Below, one piece after another: positions 28,982 through 52,019 of a DNA stretch of 64,000 nucleotides. Under the pieces are notes generated by a model that worked only from the letters and a program-made list of their open reading frames with translations, searched no databases and was not told where the DNA came from. Source of the stretch: Raillietiella orientalis (Eukaryota); assembly GCA_036172245.1 (NCBI GenBank), contig JAYWIR010000055.1, positions 558,001 to 622,000 of the forward strand. Direction: 5' to 3'. A program made the position numbers and the translations under genes. Within the stretch, counting starts at the first letter, position 1. The number at the start of each line of letters is the position of its first letter.

Positions 28982-29288
28982 ATATGCATCGCGAAGATGC
29001 CGAGAGCACGAAGAGAGAGAGAGAGAGAAACGCGTCCCCACAATCCTCCCTCCGAGTTCCAACACGTGGAGCTGACACGAAATCCGTACGATTTGTGCGA
29101 TGTCTCTGCCGTGTTGCTTAACGGCTGCGAATGGCACACCAGCAGCAGACTCCCGTCGAGTCGACGGTACGCGGTGTACACTGCGATTCCCCACCCTTTG
29201 GTGGATGGGCTCGACCGACACCCGGAACTTCCTAACACGTTCGAGCGGAGACTCTCTCTCGTCAGGTGATGCTTTGCGGAGGAGGTCG
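28982..29288 (+). repeat. Long inverted repeat, left arm (307 bp)
   Basis: Reverse complement of 30173-30479 with 8 mismatches and no indels (checked base by base; paired positions sum to 59461). Confidence 0.98.
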
Positions 29289-30172
29289 GTTCTCTCGACA
29301 CTCATCGATAGGATTTGAGCCCAGCCGCGTAGGTTGACTTCAGTTCGGTATGGCAAGTGCACTGTCTGCAGTGTCCTTGCAGGGGTTCGGCGAAGAAGGC
29401 TATCAAGGGCTAATCGAGCTTGCGAAATGGAAGCAGGTTGCCACAGATTTTTTTCCCCGCCGGCTCTTGCTATCACCGAGTGGAAGAAGAATAGTTGTGA
29501 AAAGACCGCGGAAAATGTCCGTGGCCATGGACAATGACCAACAGCGCAGTTCGGTCGGAAACTGCAAAGTCCTTCCGATCCTTAGGCTTGATGGGCTATG
29601 GGAAAGTTGTAGGGAGCGAGCGAAGGAGCTTTGAACGGAGAACTTTACGACCAAATGTAGACATATCTTCGTGCTGAAATTGCGAAGTTCAGAATTATGA
29701 GATGCATTCATAGCGAAGCATGGATAAGAAAGGAGTCCCTTGTGTTCTTATCAGTTACGAAGATGTCACCGCCTCCAGCCCATGAGGAATATCAGGTTTC
29801 CGCGGTTTAATTCAAGCAGCACATTTTTCTTTGGGAGAGGTTTGATGCAGATGAATTCAATACGCTGCTGCTGCGTGCGTCAATGGATCTTTGCATTCAC
29901 TTGCGAATTCCTGGCTTTAAATCAGGATTAGAAATGCAGAATCCATGAAGCTGCATCTTACGCTGCAACTGTGTCATTACGTCGATGTTCATCCCGTGTT
30001 TCTGGAACTGTTGGTCGCATGGGATGAGAGGAGTCCATTAATGATTCACGTTCCTATGCGAGCGTGCCGGTCTGCTTGCACATCTTGCGTCTCACAATAA
30101 AGATTCACATACACCGTTTCCGAAGAACCATCCTATGCTCACATCAGAAAACAAAAAGAATGGAAGTGCGCT

Positions 30173-30479
30173 CGGCCTCCTCCGCAAAGCATCCCTTAAC
30201 GAGAGAGGGTCTCCGCTCGAACGTGTTAGGAAGTTCCGGGTGTCGGTCGAGCCCATCCACCAAAGGGTGGGGAATCGCAGTGTACACCGCGTACCGTCGA
30301 CTCGATGGGAGTCTGCTGCTGGTGTGCCATTCGCAGCCGTTAAGCAACACGGCAGAGACATCGCACAAATCGTACGGATTTCGTGTCAGCTCCACGTGTT
30401 GGAACTCGGAGGGAGGATTGTGGGGACGCGTTTCTCTCTCTCTCTCTCTTCGTGCTCTCGGCATCTTTGCGATGCACAT
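30173..30479 (-). repeat. Long inverted repeat, right arm (307 bp)
   Basis: Partner of 28982-29288, separated from it by an 884-nt unique spacer. Confidence 0.98.
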
Positions 30480-32523
30480 GGAGTCGAAAAATGAGAATAC
30501 TCCCCAGAAAAACTGCAAGCCGTACTCGAAGAGGGAACGCTCATGTTTTATGGAATTCGTCGACGTACATTTCTGGTCTGTTCAAGCTGACACCAGGAGC
30601 TCCTGGTACGAAGTCATTAAAGTTCAAGCTTTTCAGCCTTTCCTACCTCGAGTATCCCTTCTTCTTCTTCTTCTTCTTCTTTATCCCAGGTGTTACCACT
30701 ACCTGGTGTTGCCATTATCAGAACGTTTCGATATTTCTACAGCATCCACGGGTAAGCAACGAGAGCTCTTTGCAGCCAACAACAAGGAAAAACATGCAAC
30801 GTGCCACTGCTATTCATATGCCGGTGCGAGAACACCATTTTTATGAAATTACGAAATGATTTGCTCCATCTGCAAAGTGTAAAATGATGCTCCAGCTGCC
30901 GGAAATCTGGTACAACCTTCCGCTTTCAAGTGTCCTTTCCAGAAGACGAATGCACACTTTCCCACCTGAATCCTGTGGATGGTGAGGGGCAAACGAAAGG
31001 CCAACATGGGTGCATGGCACAGAAGGTGGAATGGGCAACCAGTTTCATGCTGATGCCACTTTCGCACGTCGACGTGGGTCCCCAAGTAGGCCAACAGCTC
31101 CTTGGGTTGACTCCTTGGTTTCAACGGATTCCCCAAGGACTGGTTTCATCCCGTTTGCAGACCAAAACGCCACCGCTGAGGTAGGCGCTCCTCGTCCGCC
31201 TTTCGTAGAACTTGGCCGTTGCCTTGCACGAAAGGTCAGATGACGTTGGGGGGGGGAAAAAAGGATACGTACAAGCATGCCCTTCATGAATCAAATGCAG
31301 ACCCAAAAAACAAGCACCCGTTTCAACAACACACGGATCGGGGCTGCCAATAACAGTGAATCACCTAAATTTTGTTTCACGCCAACAAACATTTTCCCAG
31401 ATGAAGTTTTGACCAGAAAGAAACAGCCTAGTAATTTTTAAATCGTGGTGATATTTAGTTTCGTTCTGTTTCAATACGATGAGTTTTGGTCATTATAAGA
31501 AAAAAAAAAAAAAAAAACTAGCTACCCATCGTGACTTTTGCCTGCTGGCCAACAGACAAATGAAAGCTTTGGTTTTATTTATTGAAAACAGTTTCACTGA
31601 ATGGAATTAAACAAGGGTTACGTTTCCTTGTATCCAACTCCATGCTGCCTGTGAGATCCCAAAATCAATCCCGAAAGACACTTTGGGGATTCATTTTGGA
31701 TATTTTCCAGTCATATACAAGGTACTGTTTCTGTCATTGATAGTGAATTCGATATCAACATAACATTTTAATGTTTTAATGTGTTCTTGAAACGTGTCAT
31801 ACAATTCAGGAATGACCTCGAATAATCTTTTCAACGTTACTTAATGAGAGAAAGGAAATTCGGCTATTTATATTTATAGAATACCACCTTTTAAATACCA
31901 CCACTGATGGACAGACCAACAGTGCCTTAGTGTCCACTAAAAGTTGGAAACCACGTTGCATAAACTGATTACCTGTCGGATTAATTTACAATTACTGTAA
32001 TTTTCCCAATTTTTTAGCATACATGATATATTTCTGTTCAGCATCAGGTGCTTGTGCCTGCTTCCAAGAAATGTGTTTCTGTTTCTTGAATTTCGATTAT
32101 TTCTGATATGCACTGCATCCAAAATTCAAAAAAGAATGCAAGGAAATGTATGAAAGTTACTAGAGACAACGAAAAGGATTGTATCTTTGAATGTCCACAT
32201 CAGATAGTATTGGTTGGATATGCTGATGGTCACACAAAACTCAAGAATGATTCTCAATTCCCCACAATGTTCAAATGCATGCTTTATCTTCAAAATTTTT
32301 TCCAACTTGAATGAGTACTCTGAATTGAGAACATCTCTATGTGCATTACACAACCATCAATTACATGGCACCAATGATGTTACTAAACATTTGGAAATCA
32401 TCATGCCCATTCACTAAGGAGAATTTCGTTTTTTTTTTTTTTTTAGAAACATTTCATAGTTCATTGTCATCAGAACAGAAGGGAAAAACCAACATTGTTT
32501 ACTAAATGTGGGAAAAAGAGCTC

Positions 32524-33267
32524 AAATATTCAACTGCTGGTAGCAAATATTGTTATGATCTGACTTTTCCAACCACTTACAGTGAACACAAGGAAACAGC
32601 TATCCCCTATCAATGGATCGTTGTTATCAGTTTAGTGGTTGTCTTAGTTACCTCTTTTCTTTAATTTGATAGATTGATGACCAAGTGGAGAGCTGTTAAA
32701 GCTTCTATGAACTGTCCAAACATCAAAAAGCATTGTGTGGCTTTTCTGATCTAAAAATATTGGAGGTAGAATTGAGACTGATACTCTTTGCATGCAAAAC
32801 TTAAAAGATTTTCATCCATAACCTTTTTCCTACAAGTGTCACTTGGTTTTTGTTTTTGTGACCTCAATACTAACTTGCACAAGTACACTTACAAAATTGC
32901 AATGTATAAAAAGCATCTCTAAATTAAATCAGAATTCCCACGCATGTAACCTTCATTTTCCATTTTCCAATTACATAATCACATCCCCTTGGCTACTTCT
33001 TGCCAGAAATAAGTAAAACTTGAAAGAAAAATAATGCTGAGCATTACCTTTATAGGGTTGAACTTATTTCTACTTTATTTAAGGGAATGAAGCATGCATC
33101 ATAGTACATAAACAATTGATGTACGTGTATTCAACCATAAACTGATATTGCAAGTCGAAAAAATATTTTTCTTTTCTGATACAGTATTTCTGCTTGCCAA
33201 TATTTTCTCCCATAGGAATATATTTATGAAATTACACGATAAAAACTTACCAACAATAATCAAGTTC
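32524..33267 (-). other. Candidate chain of micro-exons (spliced ncRNA or spliced 3' extension of RCE1)
   Basis: AG|exon|GT units at 33267-33251 (GTAAGT), 33069-33048 (GTAATG), 32918-32893 (GTAAGT), 32750-32652 (GTAACT) and 32606-32581 (GTAAGT), with 45- and 44-nt introns at 32651-32607 and 32580-32537. Confidence 0.35.
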
Positions 33268-33439
33268 CTAAATTCATCAGTAAAGTAGCATGGGAATATT
33301 TGAAAAATGATCTCATCTTGCCATCAAAAGAATGAAGTTCTTTATTCTTGTCAGTTCACAACTTATGCTTAGATTCAAAGTAGTTCAGAACAGTTTGATT
33401 ATTCACACAGCTCTGCAATTGCAATGTTTGATTCCATGG

Positions 33440-34792
33440 TTATTTATTGTTCCAAAATAAGGTATTTCCATACAAATGAGGATCGGTTAGGGGGAATAAT
33501 ACCACAAGCCAAATAGTGAATCCCCAAAAATAGGCTAGCATGGCTACTATACGTTTGGTTGTATTCATATTAACTATATCTGATGGATTGGGTAATCCCA
33601 TGTAGTTGCAAAAGGTGTGGACTACGAATGGAGCCAAAAAATGTCCTGCCACAAGGATTATAATCGGATTCACATGCATGCACATTGTTACCTGTTCTCA
33701 TGAACAAAAACATGCTATACATTCCAAACAGAGAAGTGAACACCACCTGTAACACTAAATAATATTTGACAATTTCTAATATAAAACAGTAACCTTGAAG
33801 ATCATATTAATCAGCAAGCAAGTTTAACATGCTCCATAATTTTGAGATGAAATCAGTAAGTGAAGAAAATTAACAATCAGTAACATTACCAGATACAACA
33901 AGTGCAGTTAGGACTGGAATGCCAGTTCGAATGCTTTCTATTAGATGATGCAGATGAGCTACAAAAAACTCACATACAGCCATTACAAGAAAAAAAAAAA
34001 AAAAAGGGTCAGGGGCTTACCAAATCCAAAGAACAAAGGTGCAATTAAGATTATGGTGTTTTTTTTCCAACACATGATCAACAGTGGCACTATACAAGCA
34101 CGAAAAATAAATTCCTCAGTAAATGGAGCTATGAACAGGTTCCGCAAAGCACACAATCTCTGGCAATTATGCTTCATGTTATCTATTTGTTGGAGAGGGC
34201 AGTGCTGAGATTTCACTGAATATAAATGGCAAGAGAATTTGAGCCAATTTCAGATTCACCAAACAATCACTTTGCAAAACAGTCATACACATTTACTTTG
34301 TACAGTTCAACACCTGGCATCAAATACTTGTCTAAGGATTTTTACCTGTTTTAATTTCACTATATACCCTGAAGCAAACAACTGTGATCGGGCCAAGAAA
34401 CAAGATTCCTGTTAGCAGCATTGGTAGCAGCACAGCTAGATGCATCCCCTCTATTCTAAAACCTAACAAGGCCAGCAAACCATACTGGGGGAAAGAATGA
34501 CAAGATGGCCAAAAACTCTGGTACCTGATTCCTAAGTTTTTCTTCTACAGCCATGTTCATTAAAGGCAAGGACAAAAGAATAACAACAAAAACACTCAAA
34601 AAACGTCTCTTAATAGTAGTGGGGTGATTTCTGCAAATACAGTACCTCACATTATTACCTATGACTTATCTTAACATACCTTGGAAAATCCTCAAATAAC
34701 TCCCACACATACAAACTTCCAACATACGATAAACTTAGAAATAAACAATACATAAAATTCATATTACAGTGGGAAAGCACCACGGAATTCAT
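33440..34792 (-). CDS. RCE1: CAAX prenyl protease 2 (Rce1, CPBP/Abi family), 7 exons, ~296 aa
   Basis: Exons 34792-34680, 34630-34525, 34484-34346, 34215-34021, 33958-33890, 33754-33692 and 33645-33440 join in frame (introns 49, 40, 130, 62, 135, 46 nt). Motifs: SYVGSLYVW, RNHPTTIKRRFLSV, LGFRIEG..LFLGP, LRNLFIAPFTEEFIFRAC (catalytic EE), PLFFGFAHLHH, RTGH..PFVVHTFCNYMGLP. Confidence 0.95.
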
Positions 34793-36756
34793 TGTGAAAC
34801 TGGTCGAAACATATATTGTATGGGTTTAAACGAAGAAAATAACTTTTCTTCTTCTGATGCTACTAATTTATTAACAGCTCCATATCCACTGCTATATGAA
34901 AACATAGTATTTACAAAAAATTATGCGAGAAACAATAAAAACTGAAACACCTTCCTACTAACAAACAGATCGTGTTACATTACCTTCGTATTACGTTCGA
35001 AAGTGAAAACATGAGAAAGAAGAACACATTTTTACAGGGGTCATTTTATGGTCCACTTTTATTGGAAAGTGTGGACCGAGTTCGCCTACACCACCACTCT
35101 GTCCTTGCAGGCTAATGCTTCCCTTTAATAGGGGCGGCTTCAAGGATTTTGGAACCTGAATTGCCATTTTTGGTTACGAGCACGAATACGAAACTGCATT
35201 CAAACTCAAAAAGGGGGAGGAGAAGGGGGGAGGGGGCAACATGTGGATGGGATTCACGGCAGGAGAACCGTCAGCAGGGCGAGGACCGCCGTCCTCGTAC
35301 CACACGTCGTGTGGGCTCCGTGGACACACAAACGAATTTCCCTGCGGAAGCCTCCGTGCAGCCTCCTTTTCCAAGAGTATGTGGGCCCGGCTGCACCTAC
35401 GGTTGCTGGGAATGTTTTGGATTTTTTCCCGTGCAGTACTTTGAAACGAAAATGCTCCTCCGGGAGCAACTGCTCCTCCTCCTCCTCTCCCCCCCCCTCC
35501 TCACACCCCGCGCGGCTTGCACGCCGGAAGCACCACCGTCCCTCGAACGCACGGAACACTTCCGTGCACCACTTTGTGCCACTCGGGGGGAGGCTGCGAC
35601 GCCCTCTCCTTAGGATCCCTCTCTCTAACACGGAAGCAAACGCTGGCGGCGGTGCAACCAATGCACAAGTGTCCTCCTGACCTTTGCTCCCGAAGCCTGT
35701 GGCCACGCTCAGGTAATCTCTCCCTTCCGCTGCTGCCGTGAACTTCCGGTCGGTAAACCTCAGAAAGCTGATCCCACTCACGCAACGCGCGAGTACAAAA
35801 CGAAAGTGGTACGTAAAACGTTTATACCGCGAGCCGAGCACACTCCACCTGCATCTCCAAAGGAAGGGATTCGGGACACACACGTAAACGAAGAGTTGCG
35901 TACTGCCCCGTGTCACGGAGCATCCTGACGTCCGGTGCGACCCAACGTCGGAAGAATAGGAGGAGAAAAAAAAAAAGATTAAAAAAATGGGTCTCCTCGG
36001 CTTTGTGTTTGTCCTCCTCTCAACTTTCGGTGCACGTCCCCAGCTGGTTTGCTCACCCACTCTTCTGTAGCGGATATTTTTAAGCACCGCAACATCCTGC
36101 GGTACTAGAAATCGGTCATCTACAGGAGGGGTCAGGCGAGCAGCTGCCGAAACACTTTGCGAGAGGCTAGAAGTCAGCAGTAAGCCAATCTGTGGCTGCT
36201 GACTAATGAAAAGCAAGAACGTCCACAGTCCATTAGGATTCACGGCTCAGCCGGTCTCTCACACTCGAACCACTGGATGTAAGTTGTAATCGGGCGTTGA
36301 GCGTTTCGAGCTCAGTTTCGTCTCGCTGAGAGCAAGAGTTGTTGCTTTTTGTTCCAATCAGCATCGTTCGATGTAATGAAATCAGCGTATGCATCATAGA
36401 ATATATGAAACTGTACCCGTAATTATAGTGGAGCTGTTTTGAAGTTACGATTAAGAAGAATCGCCGTCTTTAGAGGGATGCAATGTAATCGGAATAGATG
36501 GAAAGTGATCTTTTGGATGAATGCAATCGATTGCCTTCGGTATTCCGCAAATTCTTGAAATGACTGAGGACTGTTCAGTAATGGCAGCACCTCAGGCGTT
36601 GGAAGCGGAAAAGCGTCACGACGGAGGCAAAACCTTCAAGATCGGATGCTTTGCTATTTTACTCGTTGCTTCAATCTCACCCAGAAACACTGCCTATCCG
36701 TGCGTACCATTGGTTTTCTTCTTCTTCTTTGCTGTTTGCTTGCGTCTCTTTATTTC

Positions 36757-37800
36757 TCAAGGTTTGTGAAACACTCTTTCAGAGTCGCACCGTTCCTCAT
36801 CTCTACGGTGCAGCTGTTTGTTATCACCTCTTATTGTTTTCCTTACAAGTTCATGGATGTTGCTCTCGGTGATGGAGAGAAGGGTGTTGAGTTTCCTAGA
36901 GAACGAAGATTCCTTTCCCGAGATTGATGCTCAGGAAATATTATGAAAGGCATCGCAGATTTTTCCTGCTTAGCCAAGTGTATCTTGATGAAATTTCTTC
37001 GAAAAGAACTTCCTTCTGTGCCTCATCCTGTGCATATAATTTTTCACACGCCTCACTTTTGGATTGAAGATCACACGGGTGGCCCCATTCAGGACACCAG
37101 AAAACATCCGGAACACGCTCATCTGAAAATTGAAGTCTAATGATTTCTACGTCTCTTTCTATGCCCGTGTCGGAGGCCGTGTGATTACGGTCGTCTCCGC
37201 GCGTGGCACCACTAAGAGTCGTGGGTTCCAATACTCCGAAGGAACCGAGGCAGCGCGTCGTGGGTCCCGAGTTCACCCTACAAGATGACGCTGGTTGGAC
37301 TACATTCATCCGGGTGCGGCACTGGTAGCGGTTCCAACCGGATGCCCCCCGATGAGGGCCGGGAGTCGACCTCCGGGTCCTTCCAGGAATCACGGAGTGG
37401 GAGTTCCCCTCCGGTTATCAAGGAGCGAACCCCCCATTCCGGAGGGGACCCCTCCTCGTCGGACTGATGGAGTAGGTGTGTCGCCACCACCTCTCCAGAG
37501 AGTGCAGAGATGCGAGCCGATCCCTTCGGGGAAGCTGCGTCCTTCTGAATTTCGGAAGCGTCATCTTCTGGTTCTCTTCAGAGGAGTAAGAACAGGATCG
37601 GATCCCTTCCGGGTTCCCTTCAGAGAAGAAGAACTGGTGCGGACCCCTCCAAGGGTCTCTTCGGAGAGAATAAGGAAGGAGATTCCCTTCGGGATTCCCC
37701 TTCGGAGACAACCAGGGTGGAGGTGTTCTCCATTTCGAGGGATCCCTCCCCAGGCGTGAGAGGAACGGACTCCGAGTCCTTCCTGGATTCATAGGGCGAA
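36757..37800 (-). CDS. Possible exons of an uncharacterised acidic/Ser-Pro-rich gene
   Basis: Protein-like minus-strand stretches: YESRKDSESVPLTPGEGSLEMENTSTLVVSEGESRRESPSLFSPKRP; EPEDDASEIQKD...SDEEGSPPEW...; DERVPDVFWCPEWGHPCDLQSKSEACEKLYAQDEAQKEVLFEEI; KLNTLLSITESNIHELVRK. No complete splice model obtained and no family recognised. Confidence 0.25.
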
Positions 37801-40800
37801 CCCCTCCCGAGGCACCCCCTATCTCGAAGATACCACAGCAGGATAGGTAAACACCTAGAATTCTGCTTGAAAGTAGGCAGACCGAGAGGGAGGGATTGTA
37901 AACGTCGTGTCGAGAGTACGTGAGACACCGTGGATTCTGGAAGCTCCGAAACCTTTCCAGCACTCAAGAAGATCGGTGTACAGAGCACAAGTATGCATTT
38001 TCAGTCCTGCATCAGCGTTTCGTTGCTGGAAAGGTGTCCGAGAACATGTACGGTGTACAGAACGGCTTTCTTAACGTTCACTGGACAGAGTGTCGGAAAA
38101 CTCGACTCTATAAACTGGACGTTTTCTCGTAGATATTCTGCAAACAATGGCGCGTTTCTGTGAAAGCTTTCACAACTACATCCAGAGTCTGCATCCAGAG
38201 TCGTCCCTTTTTTGGTTGCGACAGCAAATGAGCTGACGAGATCTTTATTAAGAATGCTGTGGATGAAGGGAGGAACCCACCACTATCCTGAACTTTGTAA
38301 GTGGCAGAGAATTTCTGTGACTCCCGCCATCACCCACGGGGATATCCCTGGGGTCTGCTTCTTGGTGCGGGCCAGACTGTATTCCAGTCAGGTAGTTTCG
38401 GTTACAGGGGAGCGTGTGCCTGATTTGCAGATTCAGCAGTGGGAAGATCAATGCACTTTGGGTGCTGACTGAATATGGGATGAGGAGCATCATCCTCAGG
38501 TGAACCTTGTTTGCTTGTTTTTGAGGGGAATCAGGTTGGTCTTTTTCCAAGATACATTTAATTGGGAACTTACATTGGATTTCAACACGTGAACAACGAT
38601 ATGGCCATCCAGAAGCTGAATATCTTAGCAAGGGTTTCATGGAAACGGAAACGTGTCAATTACGATGTACAAGTCCAAGGTTCATTAGGTAAGAAGCTGC
38701 CGACTCTGAAGCTGTTCCGAAGGAGGAGGATGTCTTTGCTTCTCCTCCCTTTTCTTTCTGTTTAATAAACTTCACGATAAGCACAGTATTAATGTGGAGA
38801 TACCTTAGTAGCAATGCATCTTCTAGCAAATGAGGCGAAGTGCACGCGTAGTGAAGAATTTTTTGCCACCACCGCAATCACGGACGGATCGAGCCAAACA
38901 GCGACGACTTGGAAACATTTTTCATCTTCGCCACTTTGGATTTCTCCTCGAGCGAGCAGATGGACTTTTGAAACTCATCTGAGAAATTTCATCCAGCTAC
39001 GTCATTGTATTTTCGCCGTGCATGAATAGTAGAGGGCTGCGCACGAGACAGATCTGCTCGCCCAAGGGGAAACCGAAAATCCGTACATCATTTGCCTGTG
39101 TTTTCCGCCGCGCAAGACAATCCTGTACGGTTCACTTCGATCCGACAAGTGCTCCCTTCAGCTGCACTCAAACAGGCTTTTGGTTCCATTTTATGTAGTG
39201 TTATGTATGTTTTTGTTTTGATTATCATGTTGTTTAACCGAGTGCACAGCTGCGGTGGCGGCCTTATCATTTGGAAATTGCTTCCGGGGCTGAAACGGAT
39301 CCTGAAACTGGAAAAGCAGAAGAAAACTTGGTGAAGCTAAGCAACCACTCTCGCAATCTTTGATCATGGTGCTGAAAGTGGATGGAAAGGTTTCGTGGGA
39401 ATCGCCATGCAAAGGAGCGGTTGCATCGGCTGCCAGAAGCGAAACCAAATGGTAGCCGTGGGTTACGTGTCGGCGGGTTCCCTCCTCGGTTCGGTTCTCT
39501 CCTCGGCTCGTAGTGAATCCGCACACCTCGGAGAATAGCAAAAGAGTTTTGGCTCGCTATTCGCCAGAATAGCGAGCCAAAAGCGCCTCGGAAGGGATGA
39601 TCCTGCTCTCAGAAAAATCGGTCCACCCTTCACATGTGCCTGCACATGTGTTGAATGTGCAAAGGTGATGGGTGACGTGGCTGCTGTCGTGACGACCAGC
39701 GGCAGAAAACCGAAATGCTACCGACTCGGCAGCACTACGCTCCCGAGAGCACTTGGTAGACTGAAACGACCCCTCTCCTCTTATTTTCGGCCCCACCACC
39801 TGCGATAAGCACGGAAACGGAAGTTTCAAGTGTCACTGCGAACACTACGTCAACGAGAACACGCCGCTGCTACTAATCGAGATTCAGGCACGCAAAAGGC
39901 CATCCGATCGATGATGAATAACGAAGGTCCAAGAACTAAGAAGGACGCTGAACCACTGGAACGAGTTTGTTTCCCTTACCATCTGCAGCCATTCGGTCCC
40001 CGCGTCTCATATGCATGGCGGCCCGTTGGACCATTTACTGTTACGTGAGGGAGCACAAACAGAACCCAATGCCGTCGCAGGGCAACCAACCAACGCGGGA
40101 CCGCAGCACATTCCCACTTGAGGAGGAAAAAAAAAAAAAAACACGGGAAGGAAAATTTGTTTTGCTGAACTCCTGATTCCCGACTGCAGGGGCTTTCTTG
40201 CGATGAGCTCACTGCAATCATCACTTCAGATTTTGACGAATGAAACACTGCTGCCGATGACTGCCACATATTTTGGGAACTCTTGAAATGAAAGGACTGC
40301 TTCATTCGACACATGATCGCCGGAACAAAAAATTCCCCACACCAACATAATAAACCTTTTCCGCTCCCCGCTCCGGGGAATCAAGGATGGGGAACCGACG
40401 GAGCGATGCCCTTGAAGGCAGGGTCCTGGCACTCCTCAGAGGCGCGTCGTCCCGCGTTCTAGGGTTCCTCCCGCATGAGGGATTATGCGTTCGAGTGGGG
40501 ACCAGAACTCTTCACCAGTGACGACGCTCAGCGACCCCCTGGCCAAGGGAACTTCTAACCAGCTCTAAGCTTTGCGCGCGGACAGTATCCTAGCCGGGGG
40601 CGGCAACTGCGATGGGAGTCACGGCTAGTTGGAAACTTTCCCAATAAGTTTAGCAGGCGCTTCTCTCTGCTAGAGGGACGGGTCGCTCGATCACTTCGCG
40701 CGGGGGTGCCGAGTTTCAGAAGCACGTGAAAGAAGATGCGTGGTGACCGACGCGAAAGCCAGGGGACCGAAACAAATCGAGAAGATATCCAGAAAACAAA

Positions 40801-41111
40801 AATTTCAGCGCCGTACAGATTATTATTCAAGCCTCATGGGAAACTGCGCGAGGCCCGAATGAATAATCACTAGGCTTGTGTGATGAACAATCATTAGACT
40901 TTAAAAAAACAAAAACAAAGTGATGGTGCTAACAGTTCATTCATTACGTGATTTCGTACCTCACTTTTTCCCGTAACGTAAAAAAAAGGAAAAGAAAAGA
41001 AAAACAGCAAAACGAAGTCAAGGCATCAAAAATGAATGGGCATTTCACAAAACGGTCCTTCAGGCGGCTCCCGTCGTGGCGACTGGAGCCTCAGACCTTC
41101 CCGGAAGTGCT

Positions 41112-52019
<10,908 letters not shown>

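Noticed and set aside
31656..31701. Imperfect ~21-bp hairpin with ATGA/TGA, SECIS-like on the minus strand
   Set aside because: Only ~6 nt between ATGA and the AA motif (canonical is ~11-13), and RCE1 has no in-frame TGA.
35254..36243. 329-aa minus-strand ORF
   Set aside because: Non-ATG start, crosses poly-T and poly-G tracts, random-looking composition, and lies in a promoter-like region.
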